A stretch of 64,000 bases of DNA from an uncultured cyanobacterium. GTDB lineage: Bacteria > Cyanobacteriota > Cyanobacteriia > Cyanobacteriales > Cyanobacteriaceae. Below the pieces are notes generated by a model. It saw only the letters and a program-made list of their open reading frames with translations. It did no database searches and was not told the origin of the DNA. Shown here one piece after another: positions 22,481-32,742 of the stretch. The stretch covers positions 64,001 through 128,000 of the forward strand of contig CAVVOP010000027.1 in assembly GCA_963749915.1 (NCBI GenBank), written 5' to 3'. The position numbers and the translations under genes were made by a program. Numbering within the stretch: position 1 is the first letter of the stretch; each line of letters begins with the position of its first letter.

Positions 22481-23104
22481 TTAATACAACAATATAAGTC
22501 TGATAATAAAAGCCACCAGGGATACCGTACAAATTAACGCCAATTGGGCTGGAAAAGGGATGACAGAATACCAGTTAATAGCATCCCACAAATAAGTATC
22601 GCTCAAAACATTACCAAAGAAAGGGGTTATGTAAGTATAGAGAAGAAGATAAACTATTCCACAAATATGAATTACTAATAAACCTAAAAAAGCACTCATG
22701 GCAAATAATTCTAAACGACGTTTTCCGGGTAACACCAAAAATCCACATAACCACGCACCCGGAATAAACCCTAAAATGTAACCAAAACTAGGATACTGGA
22801 AATACTCAACACTACCCCCTTGATAGAAAACTGGTAATTTAAACAAGCCAAGAATAACATACGCAATTTGGGCATAGGCGGCGGCATTTTTTCCCCCGAC
22901 TAATCCCGTAAAAAATACCCCAGCTAATTGATAGGTGATACCGAGAGAAGAAGGTTTTAAGTTTTCTAATTCACTGCCGATGACGGGTAAAACCGTGAAT
23001 ACTTCGACAAATGTACCAAAAATGGTCAACATTAAACCAATTAATGCCCAAAAAAATTCATTTATGGGTGATATTTTCTGTGGTGGTAAGCTGTTATTAT
23101 TCAC
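22481..23104 (-). CDS. bioY: Biotin transporter BioY
   Basis: Hydrophobic; LGLFKLPVF..GG, PSFGYILGF; adjacent to bioB. Confidence 0.88.
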   Translation of the reverse strand: MNNNSLPPQKISPINEFFWALIGLMLTIFGTFVEVFTVLPVIGSELENLKPSSLGITYQLAGVFFTGLVGGKNAAAYAQIAYVILGLFKLPVFYQGGSVEYFQYPSFGYILGFIPGAWLCGFLVLPGKRRLELFAMSAFLGLLVIHICGIVYLLLYTYITPFFGNVLSDTYLWDAINWYSVIPFPAQLALICTVSLVAFIIRLILLY

Positions 23105-23234
23105 GGATTTTTTAGTGTTTGACTCAGGAAAAAAGAGTTAGTAAGCAAAAATCACTGAATACTATATCTTGATCCTCTCATTTCTCAAGATTCTCCCAAA
23201 AGTGACGCAATTTGAACTGTTAACACGAAATTCC

Positions 23235-24296
23235 TCAAGTATTAACAGGGGTTTCTCCTCCTTCTAAGCCTAATTCTGCTAACATAGCATGATCCTCTTC
23301 GGGAGATTGCCCTAAAGTAGTAAGATAATTACCGATTAACATGGCGTTTATGCCCGATTTTAGCCCCTGACGTTGCCATTCTCCTAATACAGCCTCTCTG
23401 CCTCCGGCATAACGTAATATTTGTGTCGGTAAAATAAAACGAAAAATTGCCATCGCCTTAACCGCTTCCAAGGGAGTCAATTTTGGTTCGTCACCAAGGG
23501 GAGTGCCTTCTCTGGGATTAAGTAAATTAATCGGCACCGATTCTACTTCTAATTCTCTCAGAGACAGGGCTAAATCGACCCTATCTGTCCATGTTTCCCC
23601 CATCCCCATTATGCCCCCCGTACAGGCTTGAATACCCGCTTTCTTGAGGTTTTTAACGGTATTTACTCGATCATTCCACGTATGGGTAGTCACGATTTTA
23701 TCATAAAAATTAACAGAGGATTCCAAGTTGTGATTATAACGAGTAACACCAGCTGATTTTAAGGCTTCAGCTTGTTCGAGGGTAACTTCTCCTAAAGCAC
23801 AACAGGGTTTAACATTAGTTTCGGCGATAATTTGCTTAACAGTAGCTAAAATTTCTTCAAATTCGTTATGTTTAGGGCTATTATATTTTATGCCTCGTCC
23901 CTGAGACACTAAACAAAATCTTTTCGCCCCTGCGGCATCGGCGGCTTTAGCATATTCTAAAATTTCTTCTCTGGATTTTAAACCATAAACAAGAGAGTCT
24001 TTTCCTTGATGATGTGCCGATTGCGAACAAAAACTGCAATTTTCTGAACAATTACCGGATTTTATATTGACGATACTGCATAAATCCACAATATTGCCAC
24101 AACAATCCTGACGAATGCGATCAGCATATTCACATAACGATAATATATTGTCTTCTCCTTCTATTTCCGAAAGTTGTAAGGCTTCTTCTCTGTTGATGGG
24201 ATTACCGTTCATTATACGGAAGCTTAATTCTTCTAACCACTGAGTTAATCTAGTTTCTGGGACTGTTTCTGCTTTGCTAATCGTATTTATCACCAA
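23235..24296 (-). CDS. bioB: Biotin synthase
   Basis: Radical SAM CSENCSFC, YNHNLE, GGRE, GNYLTT. Confidence 0.96.
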   Translation of the reverse strand: MVINTISKAETVPETRLTQWLEELSFRIMNGNPINREEALQLSEIEGEDNILSLCEYADRIRQDCCGNIVDLCSIVNIKSGNCSENCSFCSQSAHHQGKDSLVYGLKSREEILEYAKAADAAGAKRFCLVSQGRGIKYNSPKHNEFEEILATVKQIIAETNVKPCCALGEVTLEQAEALKSAGVTRYNHNLESSVNFYDKIVTTHTWNDRVNTVKNLKKAGIQACTGGIMGMGETWTDRVDLALSLRELEVESVPINLLNPREGTPLGDEPKLTPLEAVKAMAIFRFILPTQILRYAGGREAVLGEWQRQGLKSGINAMLIGNYLTTLGQSPEEDHAMLAELGLEGGETPVNT

Positions 24297-24409
24297 TATT
24301 TCTCCCTTTTCTCTTAAATAACTATGCCATCGCTAATTATATCGGATTATTTCACCTTAAACAGAAAATTACTAATGAACCCATTTCTTTATCAAAGTAG
24401 TTAAACAAC

Positions 24410-26092
24410 CTAAGGCTGCAATTCTTCAAGTATAGTAAAAGAAACATGATTGATGGCTAATTGACCAATAGAAACCTTTTCCTTATTAACGAGATTTCCT
24501 TCACTGGTCAAAGTTTCAAACGGCACATCCTTCGCCATCTCCACATGGTACCATGACAGACCCATAAAAAAACGGGTCGGATAAGGCCCACCATCATCTA
24601 AATCATCAGGATTTGACTCCATCGGCAACCAACCAATATTCGGCAAATAAAACTCCATCCATACATGATTAAAATCAGGCACTAAAGGCACACCAAAATT
24701 TAATACTTTTAATGGACATTTATAACGCCCCACTGTACGACAGGCAATACCATTTAACCTTGATAAAGCCAATAATAACCCCAAATACTCACCACAAGAA
24801 CCTACCCCCCTTTTTAAGACAATGTCTGGTGTATCAATATGAGGTTTAATACCATAAGTAAGATGATCATAAACATAAGTACGAATACTATACATTTTTC
24901 TTAAAAGATTCGTTTCTGTGCCCCTAGCTTCTTCCGCTCCCATTAAGATTACACCAGTGTTCATCGCTAAATTATCATCATCAATCAAATATTTGCTTTC
25001 GTATTCTGGTGATAAAGGGGGTAAACTCTCACAATCACGAGGTTTAATTTGATATTTAATACTCCATACCTCTAAAATCGCCCTCCAACCAAACACACAA
25101 CGCTCATCGGATTTAAACTCAGGAAACTTAAATAAAGCCACCTTTTGCCCATTATAATCTTCTTCAATATAAGGCAATCCCACCGGCTCAAGGCTTCTTA
25201 TTTTCTGTCTATCACTTTCCGTCGGCAAAGCAATGCGCCATTCCAAATCCTTAAACTCGATGGAATCTAACGGCGAAATTTCCTCCAAATAAGTCATCTC
25301 CAACAAAAAACCATTAGACAAAGTGTATTTATTCTCCTGATCATACTTAAAATGTAAAGGATGAATAAAAGTGCGATCCCGATACAACAACTCGTGATTG
25401 GGTTCGGCGTTAGGATTATCTCGAATATAAGGCTCTTGATCAGTATAAGCTATATATAAAACATCTGTGTCATTTTCTTGATCATCATAAAAACTCAACG
25501 CCGTAGGACACTCAAAAGGAGTTAACAGGCTATACTTAACCTTCCCCGTTGCCCTATCCAGACAATAGACACTTTGTTCCAGATAATCGCATAACCAAAT
25601 TTCTTCCCCTTTTATGGTCATATTTTCCGCACCAATACCGGGGGCATAAAACTTAGTCACCTCCTCACCACTCTTAGAATAAACTAAAATCTGTCCCGTT
25701 TTTTGACAACTAATATAAACGGTATTTTCATGAAGGGCAATACCATTAGCAGGATAGGAGATAGAAAATAAAAATTGAGGGGGGGAAATTATTTTCAGTT
25801 CATCTTCGTCTTCTTGGTATTCAATCCCACAGACATAAATATACTCTCTACTGGTAAACCATAACTGATTTTCAGAGAAGCATAAACCCTTTGCACCGAT
25901 AAAATCCTGCCAAGAAGAATTATTGACTATCTTCGTGACACTATTACGGGGGTTAATTTGTAACAAATATCCATTACGGGAATCCACAGCAAATAAATTC
26001 TGATTCTTAAAAGCAATTCCATCAAGGGAAGTAGCAATTATAGGGCGAATTGTAGAGCAAAACTGATTTTGGGTATGAGAATGTGAATTCAT
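24410..26092 (-). CDS. Transglutaminase-like protein with N-terminal beta-propeller-like region
   Basis: GSCGEY..L.ALSRLNGIACR and NHVWMEFYLPNIGWLPME catalytic motifs. Confidence 0.85.
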   Translation of the reverse strand: MNSHSHTQNQFCSTIRPIIATSLDGIAFKNQNLFAVDSRNGYLLQINPRNSVTKIVNNSSWQDFIGAKGLCFSENQLWFTSREYIYVCGIEYQEDEDELKIISPPQFLFSISYPANGIALHENTVYISCQKTGQILVYSKSGEEVTKFYAPGIGAENMTIKGEEIWLCDYLEQSVYCLDRATGKVKYSLLTPFECPTALSFYDDQENDTDVLYIAYTDQEPYIRDNPNAEPNHELLYRDRTFIHPLHFKYDQENKYTLSNGFLLEMTYLEEISPLDSIEFKDLEWRIALPTESDRQKIRSLEPVGLPYIEEDYNGQKVALFKFPEFKSDERCVFGWRAILEVWSIKYQIKPRDCESLPPLSPEYESKYLIDDDNLAMNTGVILMGAEEARGTETNLLRKMYSIRTYVYDHLTYGIKPHIDTPDIVLKRGVGSCGEYLGLLLALSRLNGIACRTVGRYKCPLKVLNFGVPLVPDFNHVWMEFYLPNIGWLPMESNPDDLDDGGPYPTRFFMGLSWYHVEMAKDVPFETLTSEGNLVNKEKVSIGQLAINHVSFTILEELQP

Positions 26093-26358
26093 GTTTAGAA
26101 TTAATTCCTTGACTGCAACAATTAAACTAATTAATCATATCTTAACTACCAGCAGACAATAACAAAATACATACCCGACTATTTGCTTATAGTGAACAAT
26201 TCAAAACTTTACTTTATAACCCGTATTCGGTACTTTCATGTATAGACCAGCCCTTTCGAGGTAGGTAAAAAAGCGAAAATCTAGTTTCCTAAAATAGTCA
26301 GGGAAAGAGCAAAAAAAGTGGTTTTAATAGTACTTGTGGGCAATGCCCACGCTACTTG

Positions 26359-26829
26359 TTATAGTTTACTGATAATTTTTTGTAAGATTTCGATTCCTGT
26401 AAACGCTTGCCAACCGAAAATTAACAGCATACTCATATTTATACCGACATGGGTCAATCTAGCGAAACTATTGCCCTTTTGCATATAAGGCACTAAAGAC
26501 ACAGAAATTGCCACCATTGCCATCATCCCTAAACCAGCTAATAAATGAGGACCGACAAATAACTTACCATTGTTAATATAAGTAACTGCCATACCGCCTA
26601 AGGTACCTAACACGACCAAAGCCATAAAAAGGGAACCTACTTGGTGATGACGATGGGCAAAATTACCCTTAATTAACTCTTTTCTCGTTTCTTTATCCGC
26701 TTGGCGAGTCTTTTTCACTTTTATCCCTAAATACAAAGCGTAAATAGCGGTGGCAAATAACACCCACATTAAAATCGGATGTCCAAATTGTGACCATGTT
26801 TTGACGGCTTGGGGAATCTCAAAATTCAT
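26359..26829 (-). CDS. DUF4079-like membrane protein (cytochrome b561-like His pattern)
   Basis: HPILMW, HHQVG, GPHLLAG, ARLTH in four TM helices. Confidence 0.8.
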   Translation of the reverse strand: MNFEIPQAVKTWSQFGHPILMWVLFATAIYALYLGIKVKKTRQADKETRKELIKGNFAHRHHQVGSLFMALVVLGTLGGMAVTYINNGKLFVGPHLLAGLGMMAMVAISVSLVPYMQKGNSFARLTHVGINMSMLLIFGWQAFTGIEILQKIISKL

Positions 26830-27011
26830 TGCTTCTCTACCTTTTTAGTTTAAACTTAAGATTATTTCATATAAATTAACATAGCATTAACAGGGGATCG
26901 ATGTTAATTGTCATGGAGGAAGTAGAATCATCCGTAAATGCAGAGAGTAACGAGATTATGTCACAATCAGAAAAGGAATAGTTTAAGCAGAGTATAGGAC
27001 TTAAAAATAAC

Positions 27012-27698
27012 ATGAATTCACCAATTCAAGCTGTAAGTGCACCCTATCGAGGAGATGCTTATTATCGCACCCCACCTCCTGATTTACCATCTCTATTGTT
27101 AAAAGAAAGAATCGTTTATTTAGGATTGCCATTAGTATCACCTGACGAGTATAAAGATCAATTGGGCATAGATGTCACGGAATTAATTATTGCACAACTG
27201 TTATTTTTGCAATTTGACGATCCCGAAAAGCCCATTTATATGTATATAAACTCCACAGGTACCTCATGGTATGGTGGGGATTCTATCGGTTTTGAAACAG
27301 AGGCCTTTGCTATTTGTGACACCATTAGCTATATTAAACCTCCTGTTCATACTATCTGTTTAGGTCAAGCAATGGGTACCGCTGCCATGATTTTAGCCTC
27401 GGGCACAAAAGGCTATCGGGCAAGTCTTCCTCATGCTAGTATTATTCTCCATCAGGCTAGACAAGGGGCACAAGGGCAAGCTACAGATATTCAAATTCGG
27501 GCAAAGGAAGTTATTGTCAATAAAAGAGTAATGCTTAATATTCTCTCTGATAAAACAGGACAACCGCCAGAAAAAATCGAGAAAGATACCGATCGTATGT
27601 TCTATATGAATCCGCAACAAGCCAAAGAATACGGCATCATTGACAAGGTTTTAGAAAGTAGTAAAGAATTACCCGTGCCACTAGCTGCCGTCAGTTAG
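27012..27698 (+). CDS. clpR: Clp protease proteolytic subunit-like ClpR
   Basis: RTPPPDLPSLLLKERIVYLG; GQAMGTAA lacks the catalytic Ser; precedes clpP3. Confidence 0.9.
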   Translation: MNSPIQAVSAPYRGDAYYRTPPPDLPSLLLKERIVYLGLPLVSPDEYKDQLGIDVTELIIAQLLFLQFDDPEKPIYMYINSTGTSWYGGDSIGFETEAFAICDTISYIKPPVHTICLGQAMGTAAMILASGTKGYRASLPHASIILHQARQGAQGQATDIQIRAKEVIVNKRVMLNILSDKTGQPPEKIEKDTDRMFYMNPQQAKEYGIIDKVLESSKELPVPLAAVS

Positions 27699-27858
27699 GA
27701 TCTGCCCATAATTTGGGGAATAGGAAATACTGCGATGGGCAATAGTTTCTTGTACCATCAAATTATGACTTTCGTCAATATAACATGGGGGTGAATAATC
27801 CTAACTCTCATTTACCAACCATCAATTATTTACTTTAAAAAAATCAAGAGAAAAAAGC

Positions 27859-28458
27859 ATGCCTATTGGAGTACCCAGAGTTCCATATCAAGCACCCGGA
27901 CAACCTTATAGTGACTGGGTTAACATTTACGATCGCCTTTATCGAGAACGCATTATTTTTTTAGGTAGAGGGGTTAATGACAGTTTAGCGAACCAAATTA
28001 TTGCGGTGATGCTATATCTCGACTCCGAAGACCATAAAAAACCAATCTACCTTTATATTAACTCCCCCGGTGGATCGGTAACGGCAGGATTAGCCATTTA
28101 TGACACCATGCAACATATCAAATCCGAAGTTGTTACTATTTGCGTGGGTTTAGCCGCCTCTATGGGTGCATTTTTACTCACCGCCGGTACAAAAGGTAAA
28201 CGTTTAGCCCTACCTCATTCTCGGATTATGATACACCAACCTTTAGGAGGAGTACAAGGACGTCGTCAAGCTACCGATATCGAAATTGAAGCCAAGGAAA
28301 TCTTGCGTATTCGGGATGAATTGAACGGTATCATGGCTTTTCATACAGGGCAACCTATCGAAAAAATCGCTAAAGATACTGATAGAGATTTCTTTATGTC
28401 GGCACAAGAAGCGCTGGAATATGGTTTGATTGATAAAGTCATCGAAGATAGAGTTTAA
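27859..28458 (+). CDS. clpP: ATP-dependent Clp protease proteolytic subunit ClpP3
   Basis: [29 protein letters not shown]. Confidence 0.95.
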   Translation: MPIGVPRVPYQAPGQPYSDWVNIYDRLYRERIIFLGRGVNDSLANQIIAVMLYLDSEDHKKPIYLYINSPGGSVTAGLAIYDTMQHIKSEVVTICVGLAASMGAFLLTAGTKGKRLALPHSRIMIHQPLGGVQGRRQATDIEIEAKEILRIRDELNGIMAFHTGQPIEKIAKDTDRDFFMSAQEALEYGLIDKVIEDRV

Positions 28459-28531
28459 TCAATGGACAATTAACAATGAACAATTGACAGGATAAAAGTT
28501 TTCATTATCTGAGATTAAAAGGCTTGATGAT

Positions 28532-29104
28532 ATGAATACAGTAATTTTAAATCTAAAAGATGTTGGCATAACTGATGATCAATTTTATAGTTTATGTCAG
28601 GTTAATCCTAATTGGAATTTAGAAATAAATAAACAAGGAGAATTAATAATTATGCCTCCTGTTGGTGGTATTAGTGGTAATCGTGAAGCTAATTTAATCG
28701 CTGATTTAACTATTTGGAATCGTCAGAAAAAATTAGGCGTTGTTTTTAGTTCATCAACTATTTTTTGTTTTCCAAATGGTGCAAAGCGATCGCCAGATGT
28801 TGCCTATATAAAACTAGAAAATTGGCAAAAATTAACTCTACAACAACAAGAAAAATTCCCTCCCATTTGTCCTGATTTTGTTGTAGAATTAAGATCAAAA
28901 ACTGACTCTTTAAAAACCTTACAGGAAAAAATGCAAGAGTATTTAGAAAGCGGCTTACAACTGGGTTGGTTAATCAATCCTCAACAGCAACAAGCAGAAA
29001 TTTATCGCCCTAATCAAGCCGCAGAAATATTATCTTTACCAGCTACTTTATCAGGAGAAAATGTTTTACCTGAATTTATCCTGAATTTGCCTATTTATAA
29101 TTAA
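28532..29104 (+). CDS. Uma2-family endonuclease
   Basis: GELIIMPP, SPDVAY, CPDFVVELRS, LGWLINP. Confidence 0.92.
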   Translation: MNTVILNLKDVGITDDQFYSLCQVNPNWNLEINKQGELIIMPPVGGISGNREANLIADLTIWNRQKKLGVVFSSSTIFCFPNGAKRSPDVAYIKLENWQKLTLQQQEKFPPICPDFVVELRSKTDSLKTLQEKMQEYLESGLQLGWLINPQQQQAEIYRPNQAAEILSLPATLSGENVLPEFILNLPIYN

Positions 29105-29158
29105 AGGGTAAAGCCTCATTTTGAATTAATAACTATTAATAATTATCAACAAATAATC

Positions 29159-29857
29159 TTGTTAAATAGCGAGCAAAATTTACCAAAAATTATCAGTAAT
29201 TCCCGAATAATTGAAATAGAAGATTTAGGCTTAATGCCTTATAAAAAAGCATGGGAATATCAACAAAAATTAGTTAAAGAAAGAATAGATAATCCTGCAT
29301 TACCGGACAAATTATTATTAATTGAACATCCCCCCGTTTATACCCTTGGCACCAGCTCAACTTTAGATAACCTCAAATTTGACATAAATAACTTTTCAGG
29401 GAAAATATATCGCATAGAAAGGGGTGGAGAAGTAACATTTCACTGTCCAGGGCAAATAGTCGCTTATCCCATTTTAAATTTACGTTATTATCAACAAGAT
29501 TTACACTGGTATTTAAGACAATTAGAAGAAGTAATTATCCAATTATTAGCAAAATATAACCTTAAAGGAGAAAGAATAAATGGCTTAACAGGAGTGTGGA
29601 TTAATGACGCAAAAATAGCTGCCATTGGCATTAAAGTTAAACGTTGGATTACCATGCACGGATTTGCCCTAAATATCTGTTGCGATTTATCGGGCTTTGA
29701 TCAAATTATTCCCTGTGGTATTAAGGATAAATTTGTCACCAAAATATCCTATTATGTTCAGGATATTAGTGTCCTAGTGGTAAAGCCAGAATTAGTCAAG
29801 ACCTTTGGGAAAGTTTTTTCCGTCACAGTTTCAAGCCAGAAAGATCTCAATCAGTAA
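29159..29857 (+). CDS. lipB: Lipoyl(octanoyl) transferase
   Basis: EHPPVYTLG, RGGEVTFHCPGQ, KIAAIG, HGFALN, IPCG. Confidence 0.95.
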   Translation: MLNSEQNLPKIISNSRIIEIEDLGLMPYKKAWEYQQKLVKERIDNPALPDKLLLIEHPPVYTLGTSSTLDNLKFDINNFSGKIYRIERGGEVTFHCPGQIVAYPILNLRYYQQDLHWYLRQLEEVIIQLLAKYNLKGERINGLTGVWINDAKIAAIGIKVKRWITMHGFALNICCDLSGFDQIIPCGIKDKFVTKISYYVQDISVLVVKPELVKTFGKVFSVTVSSQKDLNQ

Positions 29858-29928
29858 AAAAAGTTTGCCCAAGGTTCGCGAAATAGGTTAGTTTATAGAT
29901 TAAATTTTAGATTTTTGAATCAGATTAT

Positions 29929-30882
29929 ATGGCAATGAGAATTTTAGTTACCGGCGGTGCTGGATTTGTGGGATCTCACCTAGTCGATCGTCTTATGAAT
30001 CAGGGTCATGAAGTATTATGCTTAGATAACTTTTACACGGGCAATAAAATCAATATAGAACAATGGTTTAATAATCCTCGTTTCGAGTTGATTCGCCATG
30101 ATATTACCGAACCCATTAGATTAGAAGTTGATCAAATTTACCACTTAGCCTGTCCCGCTTCCCCTATTCATTACCAGTTTAACCCGGTGAAAACTATAAA
30201 AGTAAATGTCATAGGTACTTTAAATATGTTAGGGTTAGCCAAACGAGTTAAGGCCAGATTTTTATTAGCTTCTACCTCTGAAGTGTATGGAGATCCTGAT
30301 GTGCATCCTCAACCGGAAGAATATAGAGGTAACGTGAATTGTATAGGGATTCGTAGTTGCTATGATGAAGGTAAAAGAGTGGCAGAAACTCTTGCCTTTG
30401 ACTATTATCGAGAGCATCAATTAGAGGTTCGAGTAGCCCGAATTTTTAATACCTATGGTCCCAGAATGTTAGAAAAAGACGGACGTGTTGTTAGTAATTT
30501 TATCGCCCAAGCCATTAGGGGAATCCCTCTAACTGTATATGGCGATGGTTCACAAACCCGTAGTTTTTGCTATGTTTCTGACTTAGTAGAAGGATTAATG
30601 CGTCTTATGAATAACGATTATGTTGGCCCGGTAAATTTAGGCAACCCTGGAGAATATACTATTTTACAATTAGCCCAAACTATCCAAGAAATGGTTAATC
30701 CCGACGCTGAATTAGTATATAAACCTTTACCCGAAGACGATCCAAAACAACGTCAACCTGATATTAATAAAGCAAAACACTATTTGGATTGGCAACCAAC
30801 TATTCCCCTTAAAGAGGGTTTAAAACTTACTATTGAGGATTTTCGCCGCCGAATAGAGACTGAGGCGAACCTTCCATTTTAA
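29929..30882 (+). CDS. UDP-glucuronate decarboxylase-family NAD-dependent epimerase/dehydratase
   Basis: [29 protein letters not shown]. Confidence 0.92.
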   Translation: MAMRILVTGGAGFVGSHLVDRLMNQGHEVLCLDNFYTGNKINIEQWFNNPRFELIRHDITEPIRLEVDQIYHLACPASPIHYQFNPVKTIKVNVIGTLNMLGLAKRVKARFLLASTSEVYGDPDVHPQPEEYRGNVNCIGIRSCYDEGKRVAETLAFDYYREHQLEVRVARIFNTYGPRMLEKDGRVVSNFIAQAIRGIPLTVYGDGSQTRSFCYVSDLVEGLMRLMNNDYVGPVNLGNPGEYTILQLAQTIQEMVNPDAELVYKPLPEDDPKQRQPDINKAKHYLDWQPTIPLKEGLKLTIEDFRRRIETEANLPF

Positions 30883-30970
30883 TGGAAGGGAAACTCATTG
30901 AAAATCTGCCACAGCTATTTTGCCTGAAACAGCTTTAAAATATTAAAAATTTATTATCAAGGAGAAATTT

Positions 30971-32350
30971 ATGCGTGTTTGTGTCATCGGTACTGGATAT
31001 GTAGGCTTAGTTACAGGCGTATGCCTGGCTCATATCGGTCATGATGTGATTTGTGTCGATAATAATGAGGAAAAAGTTAAACTCATGAAACAAGGGCAAT
31101 CCCCTATTTATGAACCCGGATTATCGGAATTGATGGACTCTTGCATGAATATTGGGAAGTTGAACTTTACTACGGATTTGAGTGCGGGGGTTAATCATGG
31201 GGAGATTTTATTTATCGCCGTTGGTACTCCACCTTTACCTACTGGAGAGAGTGATACTCGTTATGTGGAGGCAGTTGCAAGGGGTATTGGGAATAATCTT
31301 AATGGTGGTTATAAGGTAATTGTCAATAAATCAACTGTACCGATAGGTTCTGGAGATTGGGTACGGATGATCGTGTTGGATGGTTTCAAAGACCGACAAA
31401 CCCAAACTTTGGGCGATGGTTTCGTGATGACAGAAGAAACTACCCCTTTATTTGATGTTGTCAGCAATCCTGAATTTTTGAGGGAAGGTAGTGCAGTTTA
31501 TGACACTTTCAATCCCGATCGCATTGTTTTAGGTAGTAGCAGTGAAAAAGCGATCGTCACGATGAAGGAATTATATCAGCCTTTAGTTGATCGTCGTTTT
31601 TCTGATGATACCACCTTACCCCCTGTTCCCGTAGTTGTTACGGATTTAAGTTCGGCGGAAATGATCAAATATGCCGCTAATGCTTTTCTCGCCACGAAAA
31701 TCAGTTTTATCAACGAAGTTGCCAATATTTGCGATCGAGTAGGGGCAGATGTGACTCAAGTAGCTCAAGGTATTGGTTTAGATTCTCGTATCGGTAGTAA
31801 ATTTTTACAGGCAGGTATCGGTTGGGGAGGTTCATGTTTTCCCAAGGACGTGTCAGCCTTAATTCATACTGCCAGGGACTACGGCTACGAAACAGAATTG
31901 ATGAATGCCGCCGTCAAAGTTAACCAACGTCAAAGAGTAATCGTCATCGAAAAACTACAACAAGAGTTAAAAATCCTCAAAGGGAAAGTAGTCGGGTTAC
32001 TGGGGTTAACCTTTAAACCCGATACCGACGATATGCGTGACGCACCAGCTTTAAACATTATTCAAGAATTAAACCGTCTTGGTGCTAAAGTTAAAGCTTA
32101 TGATCCCATCGTATCTCAAACAGGTATCAGTCACGGACTTTCGGGAGTGATTATCGAAAGTAATGCCGAAATGTTAGCCGATGGTTGTGACGCATTAGTG
32201 TTAGTTACTGATTGGCAGGAATTTTTGAAACTCGACTTACAAAAAATGAGGAAATTAGTTAAAAATCCCATTATCATTGACGGGCGCAATTTTCTCGATT
32301 TTAAAGCTATAGAAGAAGCGGGTTTTCATTATGTCGGCATCGGCAGGTAA
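30971..32350 (+). CDS. ugd: UDP-glucose 6-dehydrogenase
   Basis: GTGYVG, KSTVP, SNPEFLREG, GGSCFPKD, FKPDTDD. Confidence 0.95.
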   Translation: MRVCVIGTGYVGLVTGVCLAHIGHDVICVDNNEEKVKLMKQGQSPIYEPGLSELMDSCMNIGKLNFTTDLSAGVNHGEILFIAVGTPPLPTGESDTRYVEAVARGIGNNLNGGYKVIVNKSTVPIGSGDWVRMIVLDGFKDRQTQTLGDGFVMTEETTPLFDVVSNPEFLREGSAVYDTFNPDRIVLGSSSEKAIVTMKELYQPLVDRRFSDDTTLPPVPVVVTDLSSAEMIKYAANAFLATKISFINEVANICDRVGADVTQVAQGIGLDSRIGSKFLQAGIGWGGSCFPKDVSALIHTARDYGYETELMNAAVKVNQRQRVIVIEKLQQELKILKGKVVGLLGLTFKPDTDDMRDAPALNIIQELNRLGAKVKAYDPIVSQTGISHGLSGVIIESNAEMLADGCDALVLVTDWQEFLKLDLQKMRKLVKNPIIIDGRNFLDFKAIEEAGFHYVGIGR

Positions 32351-32546
32351 TAAATAGTGACAAAGACAGCTGAAGGGGTGACGATAGAGCTTAATCCCAA
32401 ATACAGCAAAAGAGCGGCTGAAGCCCGAAAAGGTGGAACAAAATTAACGTCCCAGGATCCTTTGCTATCTATTTTCCTCCCTCAGAAGTCTTAAGTATAT
32501 CGTTCACACAGAAAAGCCACATACCTTTCCACCACTAGCTTCTTCA

Positions 32547-32580
32547 TAATTTGTAATTCGTAATTCGTAATTCGTAATTT
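32547..32580. repeat. Heptamer tandem repeat (TAATTCG)n
   Basis: taatttg taattcg taattcg taattcg taattt. Confidence 0.85.
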
Positions 32581-32742
32581 TACCTGAGACCTCACCAGCC
32601 AACTAAGGAAAATTGTCCGGCGAAGCAAATTTTTGGGTGCGACTGTCCAGCACTAGAGATACTAGCTTGTGGTCACGGGGTGAATGATGATACAAATGGG
32701 GCAGTAAATATAATCGCCAAAATCGTTTCATCTATAGAGAAT

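Noticed and set aside
28532..29104. Uma2 nuclease as a defence system
   Set aside because: Solitary member of a family that is highly expanded in cyanobacteria; no partner genes.
32357..32731. Short ORFs between ugd and gnd (e.g. VTKTAEG..., MKRFWRL...)
   Set aside because: No RBS, motif or recognisable homology; cannot be supported.
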